A DNA stretch of 64,000 bases from Eledone cirrhosa (GCA_964016885.1 OZ024740.1:138260001-138324000), one strand, 5' to 3'; numbered from the stretch's first letter, positions 13,701 through 28,520 are shown. The notes: generated by a model not told the origin, from the letters alone. A program made the numbers and translations.

Positions 13701-15610
13701 TATGACTTTTCTCTCAATAACCAATTCTCTGTGTCTCTTATCACTTTTCGCTCAATCTCCAATTCTCTCTTTCTCTTATCACTTTTCTCTCAATCTCCAA
13801 TTCTCTCTTTCTCTTATCACTTTTCCCTCAATCTCCAATTCTCTCTTTCTCTTATCACTTTTCTCTCAATCACCAATTCTCTCTGTCTCTGATCACTTTA
13901 CACTCAATCTCCAATTCTCTCTTTCTCTTATCACTTTTCTCTCAATCTCCAATTCTCTCTTACTCTTATCACTTTTCTCTCAATCTCCAATTCTCTCTTT
14001 CTCTCATCACTTTTCTCTCAATCTCCAATTCTCTTTTTCTCTTATCACTTTTCTCTCAATCTCCAATTCTCTCTTTCTCTTATCACTTTTCTCTCAATCT
14101 CCATTTCTCTCTTTCTCTTATCACTTTTCTCTCAATCTCCAATTCTCTCTTTCTCTTATCACTTTTCTCTCAATCTCCAATTCTCTCTTTCTCTTATCAC
14201 TTCTCTCTCGATCTCCAATTCTCTCTTTCTTTGATCACTTTTCTCTCAATCTCCAATTCTCTCTTTCTCTTATCACTTTTCTCTCAATCTCCAATTCTCT
14301 CTTTCTCTTATCACTTTTCTCCCAATCTCCAATTCTCTCTGTTTCTTATCACTTTTCTCTCAATCTCCAATTCTCTCTTTCTCTTATCACTTTTCTCTCA
14401 ATATCCAATTCTCTCTTTCTCTTATCACTTTTCTCTTAATCTCCAATTCTCTCTTTCTCTTATCACTTTTCTCCCATTCTCCAATTCTCTCTGTTTCTTA
14501 TCACTTTTCTCTCAATCTCCAATTCTCTCTTTCTCTTATCACTTTTCTCTCAATCTCCAATTCTCTCTTTCTCTTATCACTTTTCTCTCAATCTCCAATT
14601 CTCTCTTTCTCTTATCACTTTTCTCCCACCTCCAATTCTCTCTGTTTCTTATCACTTTTCTCTCAATCTCCAATTCTCTCTTTCTCTTATCACTTTTCTC
14701 TCAATCTCCAATTCTCTCTTTTTCCTATCACTTTGCCTTCAATGTCCAATTCTCTCTTTCTCTTATCACTTTTCTCTCAATCTCCAATCCTCTCTTTCTC
14801 TTATCACTTTTCTCTCAATCTCCAAATCTTTCTGTTTCTTATCACTTTTCTCTCAATCTCCAATTCTCTCTCCCTGTTATCACTTTCCCCCCCAATCTCC
14901 CATTCTCTCTCTCTCATATCACTTTTCTCTCAATCGCCAATTTTCTCTTTCTCTTATCACATTTCTCTCAATCTCCACTTCTCTCTTTCTCTTATCACTT
15001 TTCTCTCAACCTCCCATTCTCTCTTTCTCTTATGACTTTTCTCTCAATCACCAATTCTCTCTGTCTCTTATCACTTTTCTCTCAATCACCAATTCTCTCT
15101 TTCTCTTATCACTTTTCCCTCAATCTCCAATTCTCTCTTTCTCTTATCACTTTTCTCTCAATCTCCAATTCTCTCTTTCTCTTATCACTCTTCTCTCAAT
15201 CTCCAATTCTCTCTTTCTCTTATCACTTTTCTCTCAATCTCCAATTCTCCCTCTCTCTTATCACTTTTCTCTCACTCTCCAATACTCTCTTTTTCTTATC
15301 ACTTTTCTCTCAATCTCTAATTCTCTCTGTTTCTTATCACTTTTCTCTCAATCTCATATTCTCTCTTTCTCTTATTACTTTTCTCTCAATCTCCAATTCT
15401 CTCTTTCTCATATCACTTTTCTCTCAATCTCCAATTTTCTCTTTCTCTTATCACATTTCTCTCAATCTCCACTTCTCTCTTTCTCTTATCACTTTTCTCT
15501 CAACCTCCCATTCTCTCTTTCTCTTATCACTTTTCTCTCAATCACCAATTCTCTCTGTCTCTTATCACTTTTCTCTCAATCACCAATTCTCTCTGTCTCA
15601 TATCACTTTT
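4740..15610 (+). repeat. Near-identical tandem duplication of a 5,434-bp (143-monomer) higher-order unit (~4740-10175, ~10175-15610)
   Basis: Rare variant tttAtctt at 5261 and 10695. ORF starts 5038/10472, 5684/11118, 6829/12263, 7128/12562, 8797/14231 and 9299/14733 are all offset by 5,434. One substitution noticed (C7535 vs T12969). Confidence 0.9.
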
Positions 15611-16702
15611 CTCTCAATCTCCAAATCTCTCTTTCTCTTATCACTCTTCTCTCAATCTCCAATTCTCTCTTTCTCTTATCACTTTTCTCTCAATCTCCAA
15701 TTCTCTCTTACTCTTATCACTTTTCTCTCAATCTCCAATTCTCTCTTTCTCTCATCACTTTTCTCTCAATCTCCAATTCTCTCTTTCTCTTATCACTTTT
15801 CTCTCAATCTCCAATTCTCTCTTTCTCTTATCACTTTTCTCTCAATCTCCAATTCTCTCTTTCTCTAATCACTTTTCTCTCAATCTCCAATTCTCTCTTT
15901 CTCTTATCACTTTTCTCTCAATCTCCAATTCTCTCTTTCTCTTATCACTTTTCTCTCAATCTCCAATTCTCTCTTTCTCTTATCACTTTTCTCACAATCT
16001 CCAATTCTCTCTTTCTCTTATCACTTTTCTCTCAAGCTCCAATTCTCTCTTTCTCTTATCACTTTTCTCTCAATCTCCAATTCTCTCTTTCTCTTAACAC
16101 TTTTCTCTCAACCTCCCATTCTCTCTTTCTCTTATGACTTTTCTCTCAATCACCAATTCTCTCTGTCTCTTATCACTTTTCTCTCAATCACCAATTCTCT
16201 CTGTCTCTTATCACTTTTCTCTCAATCTCCAAATCTCTCTTTCTCTTATCACTTTTCTCTCAATCTCCAATTCTCTCTTTCTCTTATGACTTTTCTCTCA
16301 ATCTCCAATTCTCTCTTTCTCTTATCACTTTTCTCTCAATCTCCAATTCTCTCTTTCTCTCATCACTTTTCTCTCAATCTCCAATTCTCTCTTTCTCTTA
16401 TCACTTTTCTCTCAATCTCCAATTCTCTCTTTCTCTTATCACTTTTCTCTCAATCTCCAATTCTCTCTTTCTCTTATCACTTTTCTCTCAATCTCCAATT
16501 CTCTCTTTCTCTTATCACTTTTCTCTCAATCTCCAATTCTCCCTTTCTCTTATCACTTTTCTCTCAATCTCCAATTCTCTCTTTTTCTTATCACTTTTCT
16601 CTCAATCTCTAATTCTCTCTGTTTCTTATCACTTTTCTCTCAATCTCCAATTCTCTCTTTCTCTTATTACATTTCTCTCAATCTCCAATTCTCTCTTTCT
16701 CA

Positions 16703-19700
16703 TATCACTTTTCTCTCAATCTCCAATTTTCTCTTTCTCTTATCACATTTCTCTCAATCTCCACTTCTCTCTTTCTCTTATCACTTTTCACTCAACCTCC
16801 CATTCTCTCTTTCTCTTATGACTTTTCTCTCAATCACCAATTCTCTCTGTCTCTTATCACTTTTCTCTCAATAACCAATTCTCTGTGTCTCTTATCACTT
16901 TTCGCTCAATCTCCAATTCTCTCTTTCTCTTATCACTTTTCTCTCAATCTCCAATTCTCTCTTTCTCTTATCACTTTTCCCTCAATCTCCAATTCTCTCT
17001 TTCTCTTATCACTTTTCTCTCAATCACCAATTCTCTCTGTCTCTGATCACTTTACACTCAATCTCCAATTCTCTCTTTCTCTCATCACTTTTCTCTCAAT
17101 CACCAATTCTCTCTGTCTCTGATCACTTTACACTCAATCTCCAATTCTCTCTTTCTCTTATCACTTTTCTCTCAATCTCCAATTCTCTCTTTCTCTTATC
17201 ACTTTTCTCTCAATCTCCATTTCTCTCTTTCTCTTATCACTTTTCTCTCAATCTCAAATTCTCTCTTTCTCTCATCAGTTTTCTCTCAATCTCCAATTCT
17301 CTCTTTCTCTTATCACTTTTCTCTCAATCTCCAATTCTCTCTTTCTCTTATCACTTCTCTCTCGATCTCCAATTCTCTCTTTCTCTGATCACTTTTCTCT
17401 CAATCTCCAATTCTCTCTTTCTCTTATCACTTTTCTCTCAATCTCCAATTCTCTCTTTCTCTTATCACTTTTCCCCCAATCTCCAATTCTCTCTTTCTCT
17501 TATCACTTTTCTCTCAATCTCCAATTCTCTCTTTCTCTTATCACTTTTCTCCCAATCTCCAATTCTCTCTGTTTCTTATCACTTTTCTCTCAATCTCCAA
17601 TTCTCTCTTTCTCTTATCACTTTTCTCTCAATATCCAATTCTCTCTTTCTCTTATCACTTTTCTCTTAATCTCCAATTCTCTCTTTCTCTTATCACTTTT
17701 CTCCCAATCTCCAATTCTCTCTGTTTCTTATCACTTTTCTCTCAATCTCCAATTCTCTCTTTCTCTTATCACTTTTCTCTCAATCACCAATTCTCTCTGT
17801 CTCTTATCACTTTTCTCTCAATAACCAATTCTCTGTGTCTCTTATCACTTTTCGCTCAATCTCCAATTCTCTCTTTCTCTTATCACTTTTCTCTCAATCT
17901 CCAATTCTCTCTTTCTCTTATCACTTTTCCCTCAATCTCCAATTCTCTCTTTCTCTTATCACTTTTCTCTCAATCACCAATTCTCTCTGTCTCTGATCAC
18001 TTTACACTCAATCTCCAATTCTCTCTTTCTCTCATCACTTTTCTCTCAATCACCAATTCTCTCTGTCTCTGATCACTTTACACTCAATCTCCAATTCTCT
18101 CTTTCTCTTATCACTTTTCTCTCAATCTCCAATTCTCTCTTTCTCTTATCACTTTTCTCTCAATCTCCATTTCTCTCTTTCTCTTATCACTTTTCTCTCA
18201 ATCTCAAATTCTCTCTTTCTCTCATCAGTTTTCTCTCAATCTCCAATTCTCTCTTTCTCTTATCACTTTTCTCTCAATCTCCAATTCTCTCTTTCTCTTA
18301 TCACTTCTCTCTCGATCTCCAATTCTCTCTTTCTCTGATCACTTTTCTCTCAATCTCCAATTCTCTCTTTCTCTTATCACTTTTCTCTCAATCTCCAATT
18401 CTCTCTTTCTCTTATCACTTTTCCCCCAATCTCCAATTCTCTCTTTCTCTTATCACTTTTCTCTCAATCTCCAATTCTCTCTTTCTCTTATCACTTTTCT
18501 CCCAATCTCCAATTCTCTCTGTTTCTTATCACTTTTCTCTCAATCTCCAATTCTCTCTTTCTCTTATCACTTTTCTCTCAATATCCAATTCTCTCTTTCT
18601 CTTATCACTTTTCTCTTAATCTCCAATTCTCTCTTTCTCTTATCACTTTTCTCCCAATCTCCAATTCTCTCTGTTTCTTATCACTTTTCTCTCAACCTCC
18701 CATTCTCTCTTTCTCTTATCACTTTTCTCTCAATCACCAATTCTCTCTGTCTCTTATCACTTTTCTCTCAATCACCAATTCTCTCTGTCTCATATCACTT
18801 TTCTCTCAATCTCCAAATCTCTCTTTCTCTTATCACTCTTCTCTCAATCTCCAATTCTCTCTTTCTCTTATCACTTTTCTCTCAATCTCCAATTCTCTCT
18901 TACTCTTATCACTTTTCTCTCAATCTCCAATTCTCTCTTTCTCTCATCACTTTTCTCTCAATCTCCAATTCTCTCTTTCTCTTATCACTTTTCTCTCAAT
19001 CTCCAATTCTCTCTTTCTCTTATCACTTTTCTCTCAATCTCCAATTCTCTCTTTCTCTAATCACTTTTCTCTCAATCTCCAATTCTCTCTTTCTCTTATC
19101 ACTTTTCTCTCAATCTCCAATTCTCTCTTTCTCTTATCACTTTTCTCTCAATCTCCAATTCTCTCTTTCTCTTATCACTTTTCTCACAATCTCCAATTCT
19201 CTCTTTCTCTTATCACTTTTCTCTCAAGCTCCAATTCTCTCTTTCTCTTATCACTTTTCTCTCAATCTCCAATTCTCTCTTTCTCTTAACACTTTTCTCT
19301 CAACCTCCCATTCTCTCTTTCTCTTATGACTTTTCTCTCAATCACCAATTCTCTCTGTCTCTTATCACTTTTCTCTCAATCACCAATTCTCTCTGTCTCT
19401 TATCACTTTTCTCTCAATCTCCAAATCTCTCTTTCTCTTATCACTTTTCTCTCAATCTCCAATTCTCTCTTTCTCTTATGACTTTTCTCTCAATCTCCAA
19501 TTCTCTCTTTCTCTTATCACTTTTCTCTCAATCTCCAATTCTCTCTTTCTCTCATCACTTTTCTCTCAATCTCCAATTCTCTCTTTCTCTTATCACTTTT
19601 CTCTCAATCTCCAATTTTCTCTTTCTCTTATCACATTTCTCTCAATCTCCACTTCTCTCTTTCTCTTATCACTTTTCACTCAACCTCCCATTCTCTCTTT

Positions 19701-22500
19701 CTCTTATGACTTTTCTCTCAATCACCAATTCTCTCTGTCTCTTATCACTTTTCTCTCAATAACCAATTCTCTGTGTCTCTTATCACTTTTCGCTCAATCT
19801 CCAATTCTCTCTTTCTCTTATCACTTTTCTCTCAATCTCCAATTCTCTCTTTCTCTTATCACTTTTCCCTCAATCTCCAATTCTCTCTTTCTCTTATCAC
19901 TTTTCTCTCAATCACCAATTCTCTCTGTCTCTGATCACTTTACACTCAATCTCCAATTCTCTCTTTCTCTCATCACTTTTCTCTCAATCACCAATTCTCT
20001 CTGTCTCTGATCACTTTACACTCAATCTCCAATTCTCTCTTTCTCTTATCACTTTTCTCTCAATCTCCAATTCTCTCTTTCTCTTATCACTTTTCTCTCA
20101 ATCTCCATTTCTCTCTTTCTCTTATCACTTTTCTCTCAATCTCAAATTCTCTCTTTCTCTCATCAGTTTTCTCTCAATCTCCAATTCTCTCTTTCTCTTA
20201 TCACTTTTCTCTCAATCTCCAATTCTCTCTTTCTCTTATCACTTCTCTCTCGATCTCCAATTCTCTCTTTCTCTGATCACTTTTCTCTCAATCTCCAATT
20301 CTCTCTTTCTCTTATCACTTTTCTCTCAATCTCCAATTCTCTCTTTCTCTTATCACTTTTCCCCCAATCTCCAATTCTCTCTTTCTCTTATCACTTTTCT
20401 CTCAATCTCCAATTCTCTCTTTCTCTTATCACTTTTCTCCCAATCTCCAATTCTCTCTGTTTCTTATCACTTTTCTCTCAATCTCCAATTCTCTCTTTCT
20501 CTTATCACTTTTCTCTCAATATCCAATTCTCTCTTTCTCTTATCACTTTTCTCTTAATCTCCAATTCTCTCTTTCTCTTATCACTTTTCTCCCAATCTCC
20601 AATTCTCTCTGTTTCTTATCACTTTTCTCTCAATCTCCAATTCTCTCTTTCTCTTATCACTTTTCTCTCAATCACCAATTCTCTCTGTCTCTTATCACTT
20701 TTCTCTCAATAACCAATTCTCTGTGTCTCTTATCACTTTTCGCTCAATCTCCAATTCTCTCTTTCTCTTATCACTTTTCTCTCAATCTCCAATTCTCTCT
20801 TTCTCTTATCACTTTTCCCTCAATCTCCAATTCTCTCTTTCTCTTATCACTTTTCTCTCAATCACCAATTCTCTCTGTCTCTGATCACTTTACACTCAAT
20901 CTCCAATTCTCTCTTTCTCTCATCACTTTTCTCTCAATCACCAATTCTCTCTGTCTCTGATCACTTTACACTCAATCTCCAATTCTCTCTTTCTCTTATC
21001 ACTTTTCTCTCAATCTCCAATTCTCTCTTTCTCTTATCACTTTTCTCTCAATCTCCATTTCTCTCTTTCTCTTATCACTTTTCTCTCAATCTCAAATTCT
21101 CTCTTTCTCTCATCAGTTTTCTCTCAATCTCCAATTCTCTCTTTCTCTTATCACTTTTCTCTCAATCTCCAATTCTCTCTTTCTCTTATCACTTCTCTCT
21201 CGATCTCCAATTCTCTCTTTCTCTGATCACTTTTCTCTCAATCTCCAATTCTCTCTTTCTCTTATCACTTTTCTCTCAATCTCCAATTCTCTCTTTCTCT
21301 TATCACTTTTCCCCCAATCTCCAATTCTCTCTTTCTCTTATCACTTTTCTCTCAATCTCCAATTCTCTCTTTCTCTTATCACTTTTCTCCCAATCTCCAA
21401 TTCTCTCTGTTTCTTATCACTTTTCTCTCAATCTCCAATTCTCTCTTTCTCTTATCACTTTTCTCTCAATATCCAATTCTCTCTTTCTCTTATCACTTTT
21501 CTCTTAATCTCCAATTCTCTCTTTCTCTTATCACTTTTCTCCCAATCTCCAATTCTCTCTGTTTCTTATCACTTTTCTCTCAACCTCCCATTCTCTCTTT
21601 CTCTTATCACTTTTCTCTCAATCACCAATTCTCTCTGTCTCTTATCACTTTTCTCTCAATCACCAATTCTCTCTGTCTCATATCACTTTTCTCTCAATCT
21701 CCAAATCTCTCTTTCTCTTATCACTCTTCTCTCAATCTCCAATTCTCTCTTTCTCTTATCACTTTTCTCTCAATCTCCAATTCTCTCTTACTCTTATCAC
21801 TTTTCTCTCAATCTCCAATTCTCTCTTTCTCTCATCACTTTTCTCTCAATCTCCAATTCTCTCTTTCTCTTATCACTTTTCTCTCAATCTCCAATTCTCT
21901 CTTTCTCTTATCACTTTTCTCTCAATCTCCAATTCTCTCTTTCTCTAATCACTTTTCTCTCAATCTCCAATTCTCTCTTTCTCTTATCACTTTTCTCTCA
22001 ATCTCCAATTCTCTCTTTCTCTTATCACTTTTCTCTCAATCTCCAATTCTCTCTTTCTCTTATCACTTTTCTCACAATCTCCAATTCTCTCTTTCTCTTA
22101 TCACTTTTCTCTCAAGCTCCAATTCTCTCTTTCTCTTATCACTTTTCTCTCAATCTCCAATTCTCTCTTTCTCTTAACACTTTTCTCTCAACCTCCCATT
22201 CTCTCTTTCTCTTATGACTTTTCTCTCAATCACCAATTCTCTCTGTCTCTTATCACTTTTCTCTCAATCACCAATTCTCTCTGTCTCTTATCACTTTTCT
22301 CTCAATCTCCAAATCTCTCTTTCTCTTATCACTTTTCTCTCAATCTCCAATTCTCTCTTTCTCTTATGACTTTTCTCTCAATCTCCAATTCTCTCTTTCT
22401 CTTATCACTTTTCTCTCAATCTCCAATTCTCTCTTTCTCTCATCACTTTTCTCTCAATCTCCAATTCTCTCTTTCTCTTATCACTTTTCTCTCAATCTCC
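16703..22500 (+). repeat. Tandem duplication of a 2,888-bp (76-monomer) unit, each copy containing an internal 950-bp (25-monomer) tandem duplication
   Basis: Marker ctcaaatt...catcagtttt at ~17254, 18204, 20142 and 21092 (spacings 950, 1938, 950). Marker ctcaagct at 19223 and 22111 (2,888). Confidence 0.88.
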
Positions 22501-24699
22501 AATTCTCTCTTTCTCTTATCACTTTTCTCTCAATCTCCAATTCTCTCTTTCTCTTATCACTTTTCTCTCAATCTCCAATTCTCTCTTTCTCTTATCACTT
22601 TTCTCTCAATCTCCAATTCTCCCTTTCTCTTATCACTTTTCTCTCAATCTCCAATTCTCTCTTTTTCTTATCACTTTTCTCTCAATCTCTAATTCTCTCT
22701 GTTTCTTATCACTTTTCTCTCAATCTCCAATTCTCTCTTTCTCTTATTACATTTCTCTCAATCTCCAATTCTCTCTTTCTCATATCACTTTTCTCTCAAT
22801 CTCCAATTTTCTCTTTCTCTTATCACATTTCTCTCAATCTCCACTTCTCTCTTTCTCTTATCACTTTTCACTCAACCTCCCATTCTCTCTTTCTCTTATG
22901 ACTTTTCTCTCAATCACCAATTCTCTCTGTCTCTTATCACTTTTCTCTCAATAACCAATTCTCTGTGTCTCTTATCACTTTTCGCTCAATCTCCAATTCT
23001 CTCTTTCTCTTATCACTTTTCTCTCAATCTCCAATTCTCTCTTTCTCTTATCACTTTTCCCTCAATCTCCAATTCTCTCTTTCTCTTATCACTTTTCTCT
23101 CAATCACCAATTCTCTCTGTCTCTGATCACTTTACACTCAATCTCCAATTCTCTCTTTCTCTCATCACTTTTCTCTCAATCACCAATTCTCTCTGTCTCT
23201 GATCACTTTACACTCAATCTCCAATTCTCTCTTTCTCTTATCACTTTTCTCTCAATCTCCAATTCTCTCTTTCTCTTATCACTTTTCTCTCAATCTCCAT
23301 TTCTCTCTTTCTCTTATCACTTTTCTCTCAATCTCAAATTCTCTCTTTCTCTCATCAGTTTTCTCTCAATCTCCAATTCTCTCTTTCTCTTATCACTTTT
23401 CTCTCAATCTCCAATTCTCTCTTTCTCTTATCACTTCTCTCTCGATCTCCAATTCTCTCTTTCTCTGATCACTTTTCTCTCAATCTCCAATTCTCTCTTT
23501 CTCTTATCACTTTTCTCTCAATCTCCAATTCTCTCTTTCTCTTATCACTTTTCCCCCAATCTCCAATTCTCTCTTTCTCTTATCACTTTTCTCTCAATCT
23601 CCAATTCTCTCTTTCTCTTATCACTTTTCTCCCAATCTCCAATTCTCTCTGTTTCTTATCACTTTTCTCTCAATCTCCAATTCTCTCTTTCTCTTATCAC
23701 TTTTCTCTCAATATCCAATTCTCTCTTTCTCTTATCACTTTTCTCTTAATCTCCAATTCTCTCTTTCTCTTATCACTTTTCTCCCAATCTCCAATTCTCT
23801 CTGTTTCTTATCACTTTTCTCTCAATCTCCAATTCTCTCTTTCTCTTATCACTTTTCTCTCAATCTCCAATTCTCTCTTTCTCTTATCACTTTTCTCTCA
23901 ATCTCCAATTCTCTCTTTCTCTTATCACTTTTCTCTCAATCACCAATTCTCTCTGTCTCTTATCACTTTTCTCTCAATCTCCAAATCTCTCTTTCTCTTA
24001 TCACTTTTCTCTCAATCTCCAATTCTCTCTTACTCTTATCACTTTTCTCTCAATCTCCAATTTTCTCTTTCTCTCATCACTTTTCTCTCAATCTCCAATT
24101 CTCTCTTTCTCTTATCACTTTTCTCTCAATCTCCAATACTCTCTTTCTCTTATCACTTTTCTCACAATCTCCAATTCTCTCTTTCTCTTATCACTTTTCT
24201 CTCAAGCTCCAATTCTCTCTTTCTCTTATCACTTTTCTCTCAATCTCCAATTCTCTCTTTCTCTTAACACTTTTCTCTCAACCTCCCATTCTCTCTTTCT
24301 CTTATGACTTTTCTCTCAATCACCAATTCTCTCTGTCTCTTATCACTTTTCTCTCAATCACCAATTCTCTCTGTCTCTTATCACTTTTCTCTCAATCTCC
24401 AAATCTCTCTTTCTCTTATCACTTTTCTCTCAATCTCCAATTCTCTCTTTCTCTTATGACTTTTCTCTCAATCTCCAATTCTCTCTTTCTCTTATCACTT
24501 TTCTCACAATCTCCAATTCTCTCTTTCTCTTATCACTTTTCTCTCAATCTCCAATTTTCTCTTTCTCTTATCACATTTCTCTCAGTATCCACTTCTCTCT
24601 TTCTCTTATCACTTTTCTCTCAATCACCAATTCTCTCTGTCTCTTATCACTTTTCTCTCAATCTCCAAATCTCTCTTTCTCTCATCACTTTTCTCTCAA

Positions 24700-27600
24700 T
24701 CTCCAATTCTCTCTTTCTCTCATCACTTTTCTCTCAATCTCCAATTCTCTCTTTCTCTTATCACTTTTCTCTCAATCTCCAATTCTCTCTTTCTCTTATC
24801 ACTTTTCTCTCAATCTCCAATTCTCTCTTTCTCTTATCACTTTTCTCTCAATCTCCAATTCTCCCTTTCTCTTATCACTTTTCTCTCAATCTCCAATTCT
24901 CTCTTTTTCTTATCACTTTTCTCTCAATCTCTAATTCTCTCTGTTTCTTATCACTTTTCTCTCAATCTCCAATACTCTCTTTCTCTTATTACATTTCTCT
25001 CAATCTCCAATTTTCTCTTTCTCTTATCACATTTCTCTCAATCTCCACTTCTCTCTTTCTCTTATCACTTTTCACTCAACCTCCCATTCTCTCTTTCTCT
25101 TATGACTTTTCTCTCAATAACCAATTCTCTGTGTCTCTTATCACTTTTCGCTCAATCTCCAATTCTCTCTTTCTCTTATCACTTTTCTCTCAATCTCCAA
25201 TTCTCTCTTTCTCTTATCACTTTTCCCTCAATCTCCAATTCTCTCTTTCTCTTATCACTTTTCTCTCAATCACCAATTCTCTCTGTCTCTGATCACTTTA
25301 CACTCAATCTCCAATTCTCTCTTTCTCTTATCACTTTTCTCTCAATCTCCAATTCTCTCTTACTCTTATCACTTTTCTCTCAATCTCCAATTCTCTCTTT
25401 CTCTCATCACTTTTCTCTCAATCTCCAATTCTCTTTTTCTCTTATCACTTTTCTCTCAATCTCCAATTCTCTCTTTCTCTTATCACTTTTCTCTCAATCT
25501 CCATTTCTCTCTTTCTCTTATCACTTTTCTCTCAATCTCCAATTCTCTCTTTCTCTTATCACTTTTCTCTCAATCTCCAATTCTCTCTTTCTCTTATCAC
25601 TTCTCTCTCGATCTCCAATTCTCTCTTTCTTTGATCACTTTTCTCTCAATCTCCAATTCTCTCTTTCTCTTATCACTTTCCCCCCAATCTCCAATTCTCT
25701 CTTTCTCTTATCACTTTTCTCCCAATCTCCAATTCTCTCTGTTTCTTATCACTTTTCTCTCAATCTCCAATTCTCTCTTTCTCTTATCACTTTTCTCTCA
25801 ATATCCAATTCTCTCTTTCTCTTATCACTTTTCTCTTAATCTCCAATTCTCTCTTTCTCTTATCACTTTTCTCCCATTCTCCAATTCTCTCTGTTTCTTA
25901 TCACTTTTCTCTCAATCTCCAATTCTCTCTTTCTCTTATCACTTTTCTCTCAATCTCCAATTCTCTCTTTCTCTTATCACTTTTCTCTCAATCTCCAATT
26001 CTCTCTTTCTCTTATCACTTTTCTCTTAATCTCCAATTCTCTCTTTCTCTTATCACTTTTCTCCCACCTCCAATTCTCTCTGTTTCTTATCACTTTTCTC
26101 TCAATCTCCAATTCTCTCTTTCTCTTATCACTTTTCTCTCAATCTCCAATTCTCTCTTTTTCCTATCACTTTGCCTTCAATGTCCAATTCTCTCTTTCTC
26201 TTATCACTTTTCTCTCAATCTCCAATCCTCTCTTTCTCTTATCACTTTTCTCTCAATCTCCAAATCTTTCTGTTTCTTATCACTTTTCTCTCAATCTCCA
26301 ATTCTCTCTCCCTGTTATCACTTTCCCCCCCAATCTCCCATTCTCTCTCTCTCATATCACTTTTCTCTCAATCGCCAATTTTCTCTTTCTCTTATCACAT
26401 TTCTCTCAATCTCCACTTCTCTCTTTCTCTTATCACTTTTCTCTCAACCTCCCATTCTCTCTTTCTCTTATGACTTTTCTCTCAATCACCAATTCTCTCT
26501 GTCTCTTATCACTTTTCTCTCAATCACCAATTCTCTCTTTCTCTTATCACTTTTCCCTCAATCTCCAATTCTCTCTTTCTCTTATCACTTTTCTCTCAAT
26601 CTCCAATTCTCTCTTTCTCTTATCACTCTTCTCTCAATCTCCAATTCTCTCTTTCTCTTATCACTTTTCTCTCAATCTCCAATTCTCCCTCTCTCTTATC
26701 ACTTTTCTCTCACTCTCCAATACTCTCTTTTTCTTATCACTTTTCTCTCAATCTCTAATTCTCTCTGTTTCTTATCACTTTTCTCTCAATCTCATATTCT
26801 CTCTTTCTCTTATTACTTTTCTCTCAATCTCCAATTCTCTCTTTCTCATATCACTTTTCTCTCAATCTCCAATTTTCTCTTTCTCTTATCACATTTCTCT
26901 CAATCTCCACTTCTCTCTTTCTCTTATCACTTTTCTCTCAACCTCCCATTCTCTCTTTCTCTTATCACTTTTCTCTCAATCACCAATTCTCTCTGTCTCT
27001 TATCACTTTTCTCTCAATCACCAATTCTCTCTGTCTCATATCACTTTTCTCTCAATCTCCAAATCTCTCTTTCTCTTATCACTCTTCTCTCAATCTCCAA
27101 TTCTCTCTTTCTCTTATCACTTTTCTCTCAATCTCCAATTCTCTCTTACTCTTATCACTTTTCTCTCAATCTCCAATTCTCTCTTTCTCTCATCACTTTT
27201 CTCTCAATCTCCAATACTCTCTTTCTCTTATCACTTTTCTCTCAATCTCCAATTCTCTCTTTCTCTTATCACTTTTCTCTCAATCTCCAATTCTCTCTTT
27301 CTCTAATCACTTTTCTCTCAATCTCCAATTCTCTCTTTCTCTTATCACTTTTCTCTCAATCTCCAATTCTCTCTTTCTCTTATCACTTTTCTCTCAATCT
27401 CCAATTCTCTCTTTCTCTTATCACTTTTCTCACAATCTCCAATTCTCTCTTTCTCTTATCACTTTTCTCTCAAGCTCCAATTCTCTCTTTCTCTTATCAC
27501 TTTTCTCTCAATCTCCAATTCTCTCTTTCTCTTAACGCTTTTCTCTCAACCTCCCATTCTCTCTTTCTCTTATGACTTTTCTCTCAATCACCAATTCTCT

Positions 27601-28520
27601 CTGTCTCTTATCACTTTTCTCTCAATCACCAATTCTCTCTGTCTCTTATCACTTTTCTCTCAATCTCCAAATCTCTCTTTCTCTTATCACTTTTCTCTCA
27701 ATCTCCAATTCTCTCTTTCTCTTATGACTTTTCTCTCAATCTCCAATTCTCTCTTTCTCTTATCACTTTTCTCTCAATCTCCAATTCTCTCTTTCTCTCA
27801 TCACTTTTCTCTCAATCTCCAATTCTCTCTTTCTCTTATCACTTTTCTCTCAATCTCCAATTCTCTCTTTCTCTTATCACTTTTCTCTCAATCTCCAATT
27901 CTCTCTTTCTCTTATCACTTTTCTCTCAATCTCCAATTCTCTCTTTCTCTTATCACTTTTCTCTCAATCTCCAATTCTCCCTTTCTCTTATCACTTTTCT
28001 CTCAATCTCCAATTCTCTCTTTTTCTTATCACTTTTCTCTCAATCTCTAATTCTCTCTGTTTCTTATCACTTTTCTCTCAATCTCCAATTCTCTCTTTCT
28101 CTTATTACATTTCTCTCAATCTCCAATTCTCTCTTTCTCATATCACTTTTCTCTCAATCTCCAATTTTCTCTTTCTCTTATCACATTTCTCTCAATCTCC
28201 ACTTCTCTCTTTCTCTTATCACTTTTCACTCAACCTCCCATTCTCTCTTTCTCTTATGACTTTTCTCTCAATCACCAATTCTCTCTGTCTCTTATCACTT
28301 TTCTCTCAATAACCAATTCTCTGTGTCTCTTATCACTTTTCGCTCAATCTCCAATTCTCTCTTTCTCTTATCACTTTTCTCTCAATCTCCAATTCTCTCT
28401 TTCTCTTATCACTTTTCCCTCAATCTCCAATTCTCTCTTTCTCTTATCACTTTTCTCTCAATCACCAATTCTCTCTGTCTCTGATCACTTTACACTCAAT
28501 CTCCAATTCTCTCTTTCTCT
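24700..28520 (+). repeat. Non-adjacent copy of the ~13.3-17.1 kb block (offset 11,400 then 11,438 bp = 300/301 monomers)
   Basis: ORF starts 14231/25631 (11,400), 14733/26171 and 16286/27724 (11,438). Same variant order with small edits. Confidence 0.78.
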
